64,000 bases of DNA from Clostridia bacterium (GTDB lineage: Bacteria > Bacillota > Clostridia > Oscillospirales > CAG-272), in the NCBI GenBank assembly GCA_017403155.1, contig JAFQOP010000014.1, forward strand, positions 121,677 through 185,676. The letters are read 5' to 3'. Below, in pieces: positions 45,775 to 55,728 of the stretch. Position numbers and translations under genes: made by a program. Under the pieces are notes generated by a model. The model ran no database searches, was not told the origin of the DNA, and saw only the letters and a program-made list of their open reading frames with translations. How positions within the stretch are numbered: position 1 is the first letter of the stretch; every line of letters starts with the position of its first letter.

Positions 45775-47142
45775 ATGGATTCATCGAGCCTTATTAGGCA
45801 AATGCCCATTGCTGTCCAGGCAGAGAAGGCATTGCTGGGCGCGCTTATCAAAAAGCCGGAAACCTATGATATAATAGGTGGCTTGATAAGCTCGGATGAC
45901 TTTTATTTAGTAGAGCATCAGCACATATATTCCGCTATCTCGGCAATGTATTCGCAGAGCAAGGTCATCGACCACGTAACTCTGGTAAATACGCTTGTCG
46001 AGCTTGGCAAGATGGACGAGGCGGGCGGAGTACAGTATATAGTGGATCTTGTTAACGTTGTACCCGCAACCGCAAACGTAAAGGATTATGCCAGAATCGT
46101 CAAGGACAAAGCTATTCTTCGCACGCTTATCAACGTGTGTGAGGATATCAGCAACACCGCCTATGACGAAGCGGAGCCCGTTCAGGCTATAATCGACAAC
46201 GCAGAGCAGGCGATCTTCAACATTTCCCACAATAACGAAACTAAGGATTTCAGGCATATAAGAGATATTCTCCAGAACGTTTACAGAGATATCGAAACTC
46301 TCTCGGAAACGGGCGGTGCTGTAACGGGATCCAAGACGGGCTTCTCCGCGCTTGACAGAATGCTTATCCAGATGGGTAAAGGAGACCTTGTTATTGTCGG
46401 TGCACGTCCCGGTATGGGAAAAACCTCGTTTGCGCTGAATATTGCCACCAACGTTGCAAAAACTAAAAAGGCGGTTGCAATATTCTCCCTCGAGATGTCG
46501 GGCGAGCAGCTTGTAAACCGTCTTCTCTCGAGCGAGGCACTCATAGACTCATCAAAGCTCAGGACGGGTCAGCTGAAGCCCGAGGATTGGGATAATCTCG
46601 CCTCAGTCACCTCGATGCTCTCGGGATGTGATATCTATATCGACGACACCTCTGCAATCAATACCACGCAGATGAAGTCAAAGCTGAGGAGAATACCGAA
46701 TCTCGGACTCGTAGTTATCGACTATATAGGACTTATGGAAACTACCTCAAAGTCGGATAACCGCGCTCAGCAGGTCGGTGAGATATCCCGAAATCTTAAA
46801 ATCATGGCAAAGGATTTCGGTATTCCTATCGTTTGCTGTGCACAGCTAAACCGCGGAACCGAATCGAGAACCGGAGACACAGGAAAGAAGCCCACGCTTG
46901 CTGACCTTCGTGACTCGGGATCTATTGAGCAGGACGCAGATATTGTTCTGTTCCTTTACCGTGATGAATATTATAACGATATCAAGGGCACCAACAACCA
47001 GGATCCCAATGCACCAAGCTCTGCCAATACAGCGGAGATTATCGTCGCCAAGAACAGACACGGCTCTGTTGGCAACGTAAAGATGGGCTGGGTTGGTCAG
47101 TTTACAAAGTTCAGATCACTTGAGGAAGATATACAGCCTTGA
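45775..47142 (+). CDS. dnaB: Replicative DNA helicase
   Basis: PIAVQAEKALLGALI N-domain, Walker A GARPGMGKTSF, Walker B VVIDYIGLM, AQLNRG. Confidence 0.95.
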   Translation: MDSSSLIRQMPIAVQAEKALLGALIKKPETYDIIGGLISSDDFYLVEHQHIYSAISAMYSQSKVIDHVTLVNTLVELGKMDEAGGVQYIVDLVNVVPATANVKDYARIVKDKAILRTLINVCEDISNTAYDEAEPVQAIIDNAEQAIFNISHNNETKDFRHIRDILQNVYRDIETLSETGGAVTGSKTGFSALDRMLIQMGKGDLVIVGARPGMGKTSFALNIATNVAKTKKAVAIFSLEMSGEQLVNRLLSSEALIDSSKLRTGQLKPEDWDNLASVTSMLSGCDIYIDDTSAINTTQMKSKLRRIPNLGLVVIDYIGLMETTSKSDNRAQQVGEISRNLKIMAKDFGIPIVCCAQLNRGTESRTGDTGKKPTLADLRDSGSIEQDADIVLFLYRDEYYNDIKGTNNQDPNAPSSANTAEIIVAKNRHGSVGNVKMGWVGQFTKFRSLEEDIQP

Positions 47143-48587
47143 TTAATAAATTAAACGCGATTTTTTCAAGCAAAAACGGACTTTATGCACTTTCGCAGAT
47201 AGAAAAGGCAATAACCGAGTTTGATATGCAGCCGCTTCTTGACGGCGGTGCTGTCGTCGGTCTTTCGGGCGGTGCGGATTCGGTTATGCTCCTCCTCGCG
47301 CTCTCCAGACTTAAGCTGGAGGGAAGGGTTGGTCGAATTGTCGCAGTTCATATAAATCATATGATACGTGGCGAGGAGGCCGACCGCGACGAGGAGTTTT
47401 GCAGAAGTCTTGCGGCAAGGCTTGATGTTCCGTTTCGCTCATACAGAATCGACATTCCGCATATTGCCGAGCTTAGAAAAAAGGGAATTGAGGAAACCGC
47501 AAGAGACGAGCGATACCGTGTGTTTTTTGAGACCGCTAGAGAAGAGTGGCTTCGCTCTGTTGCAATAGCCCATAATGCTACGGATAACCTCGAGACAATT
47601 CTTATCAATATAATGCGAGGCGCAGGTATAGATGGGGCGGCGGGAATACCTCCCGTAAGAGATAATATTATTCGTCCGCTCATCAATCTTACCAAAGCAG
47701 AGATTACATCTCTTTTGAATTCCTCGGATATTCCGTACGTTACAGATTCAACCAACGAGTCTACCGAATATTCAAGAAACTACGTGCGCCTTGAGATACT
47801 ACCGAGGCTTTGTCACCTCTCCCCCGAGCCGGAAAAAATGGCGAGCCGTTTATCAAGAAATCTTCGCTCCGATGCAAGCATTCTTGATGAGATTACTTCT
47901 GAGTACGTATCACTTCATTATAGAAACGGAAGAATACCGCAAGAAGAATTGAAGAAGCTGAAAAAACCGTTTCTTTTCAGAGTTTTAAGAGAAATTTTGA
48001 AGCAGAACTTCAATTGCAGTATAGAATATACTCATCTTGATGCAATTTGGTCAGGACTTGAAAAGTGCGAATTTTCATACTCCTTGCCGGGTATGCTTCG
48101 CTTCACAATAAAGGACGGATACGCATTTCTCGAGGATGACAGGCGTGACGCGCAGAGCACAGAGTCGATTCCGGAAACTGCGCTCAAGGAAGGGATAAAT
48201 ACCGTCGAGGGCTTCTCTTCAGTTATAATCCTATCGGATACGCCAGACTTTGAAAGTTATTCAAATGTTTACAAAATATCTATATCAGCCGCTATTCCGT
48301 CTGATATAATAAATGACGGGCTTATGCTTCGAGGCAAGCAAGATGGCGATTGCTACACCTACGGTGGAAGCACGCGCAAGCTGAAGAAGCTTTTTAACGA
48401 CAGAAATATCCCAACCGATATGCGAGGCCTTGTTCCCGTTATTCTCGACAAAAAGGGAATAGTATGGGTTGCGGGCTTTGGTGTGAGAGGTGAGGGTGAG
48501 CTCGAGCGGCAGACCTATATTGCCATCGCAGAGCCGCTCAGTGTCAACTCGGCATTTAAAAAGTTTTATATAACCGAACGCAAATAA
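47139..48587 (+). CDS. tilS: tRNA(Ile)-lysidine synthetase
   Basis: PP-loop SGGADS and AHNATDNLETIL. A TTG start overlapping the dnaB stop is assumed; a downstream start cannot be excluded. Confidence 0.85.
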   Translation: MINKLNAIFSSKNGLYALSQIEKAITEFDMQPLLDGGAVVGLSGGADSVMLLLALSRLKLEGRVGRIVAVHINHMIRGEEADRDEEFCRSLAARLDVPFRSYRIDIPHIAELRKKGIEETARDERYRVFFETAREEWLRSVAIAHNATDNLETILINIMRGAGIDGAAGIPPVRDNIIRPLINLTKAEITSLLNSSDIPYVTDSTNESTEYSRNYVRLEILPRLCHLSPEPEKMASRLSRNLRSDASILDEITSEYVSLHYRNGRIPQEELKKLKKPFLFRVLREILKQNFNCSIEYTHLDAIWSGLEKCEFSYSLPGMLRFTIKDGYAFLEDDRRDAQSTESIPETALKEGINTVEGFSSVIILSDTPDFESYSNVYKISISAAIPSDIINDGLMLRGKQDGDCYTYGGSTRKLKKLFNDRNIPTDMRGLVPVILDKKGIVWVAGFGVRGEGELERQTYIAIAEPLSVNSAFKKFYITERK

Positions 48588-48625
48588 ATTCAGCACTTGT
48601 ATTCAGAAAGGCATGGAAATACTTA

Positions 48626-50809
48626 ATGAATTCTAAAGGAAAAAGAATCCTGACAATCGTAATCGCAGTTGTTGCGGTTTTTGTAATCTTCTCGATGCTT
48701 TCAGGTCTGTATGAGCAGCAAACCGCGCTCACCTACGGAGAGGTTCAGGAACTGTTGGGCGAGGATGCTGTCACATCCTTCGTTGTAAACGACAGCGGTG
48801 TTCTTGAAATTAAGGCATACACGCCCAAGCGTGATACCGAGGGAAACTTTATATATGATGGCTCCGGTGCAACCAGAAGGCTTGTTTTTGAAAGAAACAG
48901 TGACGGTGAACGTTACGTTTCTTCGTATACCTTCCAGGTGGGCTGGTCATTCCAGCTTGAAAGGCTTTGCACAGAAGCAGAAAAAATTATTGACAGGGGC
49001 GGAAATATCACCACCTATGACGTAAGACCTCTTGCGGACAATTCCTGGTGGCAGATGCTTCTTCCTTATGTTATTATTGCAATCGTTTTCTTCCTTATCT
49101 GGTTCTTTATGCTTCGCCAGGCTCCGGGCAGCGGCAAGATGAACAGCTTTGCAAAATCCAAGGCTAAGCTCACCGACGACAAAAATGCCGTTAAATTTGC
49201 CGACGTTGCAGGCGCGGACGAAGAAAAAGCAGAGCTCGAGGAGGTTGTTGAATTCCTGAAGAATCCCTCCAAGTTTATCAAGCTCGGTGCGCGCATTCCG
49301 AGGGGTGTCCTTCTTGTTGGCCCTCCCGGCACGGGTAAGACTCTTCTTGCCAAGGCTGTCGCAGGCGAGGCTGGAGTTCCTTTCTTCTCAATATCAGGCT
49401 CCGACTTCGTTGAGATGTACGTCGGTGTCGGTGCATCCCGTGTGCGCGACCTTTTTGACAACGCAAGAAAAACAAACGCTAGCATTATATTTATTGACGA
49501 GATAGATGCAGTAGGTAGACACAGAGGCGCAGGTCTCGGTGGCGGACACGACGAGAGAGAACAGACTCTCAATCAGCTCCTCGTAGAGATGGACGGATTT
49601 GGCACGAACTCGGGTGTTATCGTTATCGCAGCAACCAACCGCCCCGATATACTTGACCCGGCTCTCCTGCGTCCGGGTAGATTTGACCGCAGAGTTACCG
49701 TTAATTACCCCGATATGAAGGGCAGGGAGGCAATTCTTCGTGTCCATTGCCGCAACAAGCCTCTCGAGGAGGGAGTAGATCTCGGCAAGATAGCGCAGAC
49801 CACCATAGGATTTACAGGTGCAGAGCTTGCTAACCTTATGAACGAGGCGGCTCTTCGCGCAGCCAAGAAGAATAAGGCACTCATTGGTATGGATGATATC
49901 GAGGAGTCGTATATGAAGCTTCTGCTCGGTCCTCAGAAGAAGGCAAAGGTACGAACCGATGAGGACAACAAGCTTTGCGCTTATCACGAGGCAGGTCATG
50001 CAGTTGCCTCCTATTATTGCAAGCACACCGACCCGGTTAAGCATATAACCATAGTTCCTGCAGGAAATGCAGGAGGCGTTACCCTCAGCGTCCCCACAGA
50101 GGATAGAATGGGTGCCTCCAGAAACCAGATGATTGACCGCATTGTTATGTCCCTCGGCGGCAGAGTTGCTGAGGAAATAGTTCTTGAGGACATCTCTACG
50201 GGTGCCTCGGGCGATATACAGCAGGCGACGAGAATTGCACGCAATATGGTAACCAGATACGGTATGAGTGCAAAGCTCGGCACAGTACTATACGGCTCAG
50301 AGCATTCCGACGATGCGGTATTCCTCGGCAGAGACTTCTCCTCCGGACAGAATTATTCCGAGAAGACCGCGGCGGATATTGACGACGAGATCAGAGCAAT
50401 CATCGGCTCCTGCTACGATAAATGCAAGGAAATTCTCACCGAAAATATCCGCAAGCTTCATTTCGTAGCAGAGTTCCTTCTCAAGAATGAATCGATGGAT
50501 GCCGATCAGTTCAAGGCTGCAATGGAGATGGATGATCCAACCGTTGAGTCCATTGAGGAAATCGCACGAATGAGGAAGGAAAAGAGCGACGAGGAAAACA
50601 AGACCGCTCATGACCTCAACAAAAAGAAGGAGGATGAGGAAAGACGCAGGGCTGAGGAAGAGGCAAGAATTGCTCTTGAGGCAGAAAAGCGCAAGAGTGA
50701 GGGCGTCTTCTCAAGCGACGAGTTCTTCCGCACCGTTTGGCAGGCTCCTCCCAAGTCCGATAAGAAGGATGAGGGCGAGGGCGACGATTCTCCTAAGGAT
50801 GACGAATAA
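48626..50809 (+). CDS. ftsH: ATP-dependent zinc metalloprotease FtsH
   Basis: Two TMs, AAA motifs GPPGTGKT and [11 protein letters not shown], and Zn motif HEAGHAV. Long charged C-terminal tail. Confidence 0.95.
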   Translation: MNSKGKRILTIVIAVVAVFVIFSMLSGLYEQQTALTYGEVQELLGEDAVTSFVVNDSGVLEIKAYTPKRDTEGNFIYDGSGATRRLVFERNSDGERYVSSYTFQVGWSFQLERLCTEAEKIIDRGGNITTYDVRPLADNSWWQMLLPYVIIAIVFFLIWFFMLRQAPGSGKMNSFAKSKAKLTDDKNAVKFADVAGADEEKAELEEVVEFLKNPSKFIKLGARIPRGVLLVGPPGTGKTLLAKAVAGEAGVPFFSISGSDFVEMYVGVGASRVRDLFDNARKTNASIIFIDEIDAVGRHRGAGLGGGHDEREQTLNQLLVEMDGFGTNSGVIVIAATNRPDILDPALLRPGRFDRRVTVNYPDMKGREAILRVHCRNKPLEEGVDLGKIAQTTIGFTGAELANLMNEAALRAAKKNKALIGMDDIEESYMKLLLGPQKKAKVRTDEDNKLCAYHEAGHAVASYYCKHTDPVKHITIVPAGNAGGVTLSVPTEDRMGASRNQMIDRIVMSLGGRVAEEIVLEDISTGASGDIQQATRIARNMVTRYGMSAKLGTVLYGSEHSDDAVFLGRDFSSGQNYSEKTAADIDDEIRAIIGSCYDKCKEILTENIRKLHFVAEFLLKNESMDADQFKAAMEMDDPTVESIEEIARMRKEKSDEENKTAHDLNKKKEDEERRRAEEEARIALEAEKRKSEGVFSSDEFFRTVWQAPPKSDKKDEGEGDDSPKDDE

Positions 50810-50814
50810 TTTTG

Positions 50815-50846
50815 AAGGACGGAGCACCTGCTCCGTCCTTTATTCT
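50815..50846 (+). terminator. Intrinsic terminator after ftsH
   Basis: AAGGACGGAGC acct GCTCCGTCCTT followed by TATTCTT. Confidence 0.7.
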
Positions 50847-50874
50847 TGACTTTGAATGCTGTTGCTGATATAAT
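50846..50874 (+). promoter_or_regulatory. Sigma-A promoter upstream of FliB-like gene
   Basis: TTGACT (50846-50851), 17 nt spacer, TATAAT (50869-50874). Confidence 0.5.
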
Positions 50875-50905
50875 ATATAAAAAAGTAAAGCAATGAGGTT
50901 TTAGC

Positions 50906-51805
50906 ATGAAAATATATGCACCGAGCTACTACAAGGAGTTTAAATGCATCGCTGACAAATGCAAAAAAAGCTGCTGTATCGGTTGGGAGATTGACGTTGA
51001 CAAGATATCGTTAGGGAAGTATCAATCTCTTACAAGCGAGTACGGAAGGATAATTGCACAATCTATATCGTCACAGGTGTATACACACCACTTTATACAA
51101 GATGAGGAAAAAAGATGCCCACATCTCGATGCCACGGGCTTATGCAGGATAATTACCGAGCTCGGCGAGGATTACTTATGCGATATCTGCCGCGAGCATC
51201 CGCGCTTTTATAACAATACTCCCGGAGGACGTGAGGCAGGACTAGGCATGTCCTGCGAGGAGGCGTGTCGAATTATTCTGAGCTCTGACGGATATGATGA
51301 ATTTATAGAGCTTGGCGAGTGCGAGGGAGAGGCCGAGCCCTTCCTCATTAACCCGCTGCCTACGAGGGCGGAGGTATTTCGTATTTTAAAATCCTCGGCT
51401 CCTTACGAAGAAAAGCTGGCTAAAATATCGGAGCGCTTTAAGGTATCCTTATCAATAAACACCAAAAGGAAATGGAGAAGAATTATCAAGGAGCTCGAAT
51501 ATTTAGACCCGACGCACAGAGAGTTTTTTTCCTGCTTTTCGGCAGATATTCCAACACCGATAAATCTGGAAAAGCAGCTTGAGCGAATGCTTGCATACCT
51601 GGTTTACAGACACGTTAGCGTCGAGGAGTCTGTTGACGGCATGAGATGCGCGCTCGGATTTGCTCTTTTTTGCGAGCGGCTTCTTTGCTCGGTTATGATG
51701 AAAAACAAGACGATGAAGCTCGAGGATGCGGCGAGAATAATCTCCGCAGAGCTTGAATACTCGGAGGAGAATACAGATAGTATAATGATGGAATTCCTCT
51801 TTTGA
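50906..51805 (+). CDS. Cys-rich FliB-family protein (flagellin lysine-N-methylase-like)
   Basis: N-terminal YYKEFKCIADKCKKSCCIGWEIDVD plus a second Cys cluster CPHLDATGLCRI...CDICREHPR. The family assignment is from memory. Confidence 0.6.
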   Translation: MKIYAPSYYKEFKCIADKCKKSCCIGWEIDVDKISLGKYQSLTSEYGRIIAQSISSQVYTHHFIQDEEKRCPHLDATGLCRIITELGEDYLCDICREHPRFYNNTPGGREAGLGMSCEEACRIILSSDGYDEFIELGECEGEAEPFLINPLPTRAEVFRILKSSAPYEEKLAKISERFKVSLSINTKRKWRRIIKELEYLDPTHREFFSCFSADIPTPINLEKQLERMLAYLVYRHVSVEESVDGMRCALGFALFCERLLCSVMMKNKTMKLEDAARIISAELEYSEENTDSIMMEFLF

Positions 51806-51811
51806 AATTAA

Positions 51812-51852
51812 AAATCCCGTACAGAAAAAACTGTACGGGATTTGATTTTTTT
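51812..51852. terminator. Bidirectional terminator between FliB-like gene and decarboxylase operon
   Basis: AAATCCCGTACAG aaaaaa CTGTACGGGATTT, flanked by an A-run and a T-run. Confidence 0.8.
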
Positions 51853-53252
51853 TATACGGGATGGACTCCGTTTGCTTTGTCAGCGTTGGTGTCAATTCTG
51901 TATTTCTGCTGCTTTCTCCACTCGAAGAACTTGATTGCAACCTGCTCGAAGAGCGCGAGAGAAAGAAGGTCCTCATCCTGCTCGCGGTAGGGAGCAACTC
52001 TCGAGTTAAGAGAATCAATTTCGGGAGGAATCTTGTCAGCGGGACGGTAGTCGATTATCTCGTCGTCGCCGATAATCTTCTTCTTGAATTCCTCGGATAT
52101 AGCGGCAGGGCATTTGCCGTACTCACCGCGCACAAGACCGCGGAATTCCTTGGTAACTCTGGAGTATCTTCCGTCCTCGGCAAAGAGTACGTTGTTTACT
52201 GCCTGCGTACCTACTATCTGGGAGGTAGGAGTAACAAGAGGGGGATATCCTGCATCCTGTCTTACGTTTGCAACCTCCTCGAGAACCTCGTCGAGCTTAT
52301 CGAGCTTTCCTGCCATTTTAAGCTGAGAAATGAGGTTTGAAAGCATTCCACCGGGAACCTGGTAGCGGAGTGCATTTACGTCAACCTTGAGCACCTTGGG
52401 GTCAATAAGACCGGATGCTATATACTGCTCGCGAATCTTGTTGAAATGCTTTGCAACAACGTCGAGCTTTGCAAGGTCAAGACCGGTGTCATAGGGTGTG
52501 CCCTGGAGGGTAGCAACAAGCGACTCGGTAGGAGTATGAGAGGTACCCATTGCAAGAGGAGAAATAGCGGTATCAACACTGTCAACGCCTGCTTCTATTG
52601 CCTTGAGAAGGGTCATCGAGCCAAGTCCTGCAGTGTAGTGACAGTGAAGGTTCACGGGGATGCTTACGCTGTTTTTGATGGTTTTGACAAGCTGATATGC
52701 TTCATACGGCTTGAGAAGACCCGACATATCCTTGATACAAATGGAGTGTGCACCCATCTCCTCGAGCTGCTTTGCATACTGTGCAAAGCCCTCGTTGGTA
52801 TGGAAGGGGGAGGTGGTGTAGGAAATCGCAGCCTGAACATGTCCGCCCTCCTTGATAGTAGCCTTGATGGCTGTTTCAAGGTTTCTGGCATCGTTAAGTG
52901 CATCAAATATGCGGATTATATCAATTCCGTTTGCGATAGACTTCTGAACGAAGTATTCAACAACGTCGTCAGCATAGTGACGGTAGCCGAGAATATTCTG
53001 TCCGCGGAAGAGCATCTGGAGCTTGGTATTCTTTACGTGTTGTCTGATGGTACGGAGTCTTTCCCAGGGATCCTCGTGGAGGAATCTGAGGCAGGAATCG
53101 AATGTAGCGCCGCCCCAAGCCTCAAGAGAATGATATCCAACCTTATCCATATCCTCAAGCACGTCAATCATCTCGTCCGTTGTCATGCGGGTTGCCGCAA
53201 GGGACTGATGAGCGTCTCTGAGGACAGTTTCTGTAATTAAAACTTTTGACAT
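51852..53252 (-). CDS. Oxaloacetate decarboxylase alpha / transcarboxylase 5S-type carboxyltransferase (no biotinyl domain)
   Basis: ITETVLRDAHQSLAATRMTTDEM TIM-barrel carboxyltransferase N-terminus. 466 aa, ending without an AMKM biotinyl domain. Confidence 0.85.
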   Translation of the reverse strand: MSKVLITETVLRDAHQSLAATRMTTDEMIDVLEDMDKVGYHSLEAWGGATFDSCLRFLHEDPWERLRTIRQHVKNTKLQMLFRGQNILGYRHYADDVVEYFVQKSIANGIDIIRIFDALNDARNLETAIKATIKEGGHVQAAISYTTSPFHTNEGFAQYAKQLEEMGAHSICIKDMSGLLKPYEAYQLVKTIKNSVSIPVNLHCHYTAGLGSMTLLKAIEAGVDSVDTAISPLAMGTSHTPTESLVATLQGTPYDTGLDLAKLDVVAKHFNKIREQYIASGLIDPKVLKVDVNALRYQVPGGMLSNLISQLKMAGKLDKLDEVLEEVANVRQDAGYPPLVTPTSQIVGTQAVNNVLFAEDGRYSRVTKEFRGLVRGEYGKCPAAISEEFKKKIIGDDEIIDYRPADKIPPEIDSLNSRVAPYREQDEDLLSLALFEQVAIKFFEWRKQQKYRIDTNADKANGVHPV

Positions 53253-53274
53253 CTTATCTTATTTTCCTTTCAGT

Positions 53275-54906
53275 TTAGAAATAGCTAAGGAATACACCCG
53301 CCGCAACGGCAGAGCCGATAACACCGGCAACGTTCGGTCCCATTGCATGCATGAGAAGGAAGTTGGAGGGATCCTCCTTGCGTCCCACGTCCTGGGCAAC
53401 TCTTGCCGCCATAGGAACAGCGGATACACCTGCCGAGCCGATAAGGGGATTGATCTTTCCGCCCGTGAGCTTACACATGATTTTACCGACAAGAAGACCG
53501 CCGCAGGTAGAAATTGCGAATGCACAAAGACCGAGGGCAATGATCTTGAGAGTATCAATGCTAAGGAAGTTAGCTGCATTTGCAGTAGCACCGACAGAAA
53601 CGCCGAGGCAGATTGTGATAATGTTGCACAGCTCGTTCTGTGAGGTCTTGGAAAGTCTGTCCGTAACGCCCGAAACGTTGAAGAGGTTTCCAAGCATAAG
53701 GAAGCCTACGAGGGGCGCTGCATCGGGAATGATAAGAGATACGATAAGGGTGACGAGAATAGGGAAGACAACCTTCTCAACGGTAGATACGCTGCGCAGA
53801 TTTGTCATTCTTATTGCTCTTTCCTTCTTTGTGGTGAGCAGTCTCATGAAGGGAGGCTGAATAATCGGGATAAGAGCCATGTAGGAGTATGCGGCTATTG
53901 CAATAGCGCCGAGAAGCTCGGGTGCGAGCGTCTTGGTAACGAGAATAGCCGTAGGTCCGTCCGCGCCTCCTATAATGCCAATCGAGGCAGCCTGCATGGG
54001 AGAGAAGCCGAGGAAGAGTGCCGCAAAGAATGCAACGAATACTCCAAACTGAGCACCTGCACCCATGAAGAGGGATTTTGGATTGGCGATAAGGGGAGAG
54101 AAGTCGGTCATAGCACCAACGCCCATAAATATAAGCGAGGGGTAAATGCCGAGCTTAACACCAAGGTAGAGGAAGTCGATAAGACCGCCCTTGGTTACAA
54201 CCTCTGCTACCATCGTCTTAAGTCTTATAGTGACCGCACCGTCCTCGAGCTTTGCAACAGAGCCGAGTGTTTCGTTGAAGATAACCTTGTAGTCAACGTC
54301 AACGCCCTCAAGTCCAAGGGTCGCAAAATCGAAGGAGCACATACCGTTGCTGACGGTATAAAAATTGTCATGTATAGCAGGGGTTATCTGTGATATAAAC
54401 TGTTCAATCTGAAGTGAAAGCGCAGTAGACGTAGCTGCATCCTGCGAAAGAACGTTTATGTAGTAAATATTTCCGTTAAGATGATACGTTTCGGCAGGAA
54501 GTGTTGCGAGGAACTGCTCGACCTCTTCCACGAGGCCTGCTGCCTCTATAGCGGTCATATTTATAGTTCCAACACCGTTTTCAAACGTAATATAGGCTTC
54601 ACCGATACTGTCTACGAATTGATTGAACTGTGTACTGAGTACACCTACTGCCTCTCCGGCATTATCAAAGGTAATATAGTAGGTATCGTAGAAGAAGTCG
54701 GTATTTATAAGGTTTGCACCGGGAAGGTTGGCAAGAAGCATACCGAACGCAATGGGCAATAGAAGAAGGGGCTCAAATTTCTTAACTACCGCAAGATAAA
54801 AGAGCACACCTATAATTGCGTACATTACAAGGTATTGCCACCAATTTTCCTGTGCAAACAATTTTGAAATTCCCGTAGTAGCAAGGAAATTTTTAATTGC
54901 TTCCAT
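53275..54906 (-). CDS. Na+-translocating decarboxylase beta subunit (OadB/MmdB/GcdB family) with expanded loop
   Basis: [68 protein letters not shown]. 543 aa, against roughly 375-435 aa for members I recall. Confidence 0.9.
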   Translation of the reverse strand: MEAIKNFLATTGISKLFAQENWWQYLVMYAIIGVLFYLAVVKKFEPLLLLPIAFGMLLANLPGANLINTDFFYDTYYITFDNAGEAVGVLSTQFNQFVDSIGEAYITFENGVGTINMTAIEAAGLVEEVEQFLATLPAETYHLNGNIYYINVLSQDAATSTALSLQIEQFISQITPAIHDNFYTVSNGMCSFDFATLGLEGVDVDYKVIFNETLGSVAKLEDGAVTIRLKTMVAEVVTKGGLIDFLYLGVKLGIYPSLIFMGVGAMTDFSPLIANPKSLFMGAGAQFGVFVAFFAALFLGFSPMQAASIGIIGGADGPTAILVTKTLAPELLGAIAIAAYSYMALIPIIQPPFMRLLTTKKERAIRMTNLRSVSTVEKVVFPILVTLIVSLIIPDAAPLVGFLMLGNLFNVSGVTDRLSKTSQNELCNIITICLGVSVGATANAANFLSIDTLKIIALGLCAFAISTCGGLLVGKIMCKLTGGKINPLIGSAGVSAVPMAARVAQDVGRKEDPSNFLLMHAMGPNVAGVIGSAVAAGVFLSYF

Positions 54907-54932
54907 AATATATTGGTACCTTTATCCTTTGA

Positions 54933-55343
54933 TTAGTTGAGAGTTACAAGTACGTCGTTTGCGGATACGCTTGCGCCCTTCTGAACATTGACAGATGCAA
55001 CAACACCGTCCTGAGGAGCAGGAATGTCATTCTCCATCTTCATTGCCTCGAGCACGCATACAACGTCGCCCTTCTTAACAGACTGACCGACACTTACCTT
55101 TACCTCGAGGATTGTACCGGGCATGGGAGAGGTTACCTTTGCCGCGCCCTGTGCGCCTGCGGGAGCAGCGGGCTTAGCAGCAACGGGAGCTACAGGAGCT
55201 GCAGCAGGAGCTGTGGGAGCTGCGGGGGTAGCAACGGGTGCGGGAGTATATACGGGAGCTGCGGGAGCGATTCCGCTCGCATCAGCCTCTTCAACGATTA
55301 CGTCGTAGGTGTTACCGTTTACGGTAATAGAATATCTTTTCAT
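54933..55343 (-). CDS. Biotin carboxyl carrier protein (MmdC / 1.3S-like)
   Basis: Ala/Pro-rich linker and biotinylation motif LEAMKMEN. Confidence 0.9.
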   Translation of the reverse strand: MKRYSITVNGNTYDVIVEEADASGIAPAAPVYTPAPVATPAAPTAPAAAPVAPVAAKPAAPAGAQGAAKVTSPMPGTILEVKVSVGQSVKKGDVVCVLEAMKMENDIPAPQDGVVASVNVQKGASVSANDVLVTLN

Positions 55344-55368
55344 AACAAAAATCCTTTCAAATTACATA

Positions 55369-55713
55369 TTAAACTCTTCTGAATGAAACGACTTTGAACT
55401 TCGTTCCCGAGGATTCGGCCTCCGCCATAGCTATAGCCGCTGCGATTACCGCAACTATCTCCTCGTCAGCTGCGGGAGTGGGTGCTGCTGGTGCGACGTA
55501 TACAGGTGCGTCCTCTTTCTTTTCTGCCTTCTTCTTAGACTGACCCGAGAAAACAAACTTGAAGATCATAAGGCTCAGAAAAATAGTAAATAGAACAGAA
55601 AATACAGCAGTCATACCGAGAAGCACCATCTCACCGCCGAACATAAGCTTTTGCCCTGCGTCCTCAATGGGCTTTGAGTAGTCGATACCTGCGCTTAAAA
55701 GCATTTTAAACAT
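55369..55713 (-). CDS. OadG/MmdD-family small membrane subunit
   Basis: 114 aa. A single TM, then an Ala/Pro-rich segment and the IVAVIAAAIAMA motif typical of OadG. Confidence 0.75.
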   Translation of the reverse strand: MFKMLLSAGIDYSKPIEDAGQKLMFGGEMVLLGMTAVFSVLFTIFLSLMIFKFVFSGQSKKKAEKKEDAPVYVAPAAPTPAADEEIVAVIAAAIAMAEAESSGTKFKVVSFRRV

Positions 55714-55728
55714 ATCGTGCCTCCTGTA

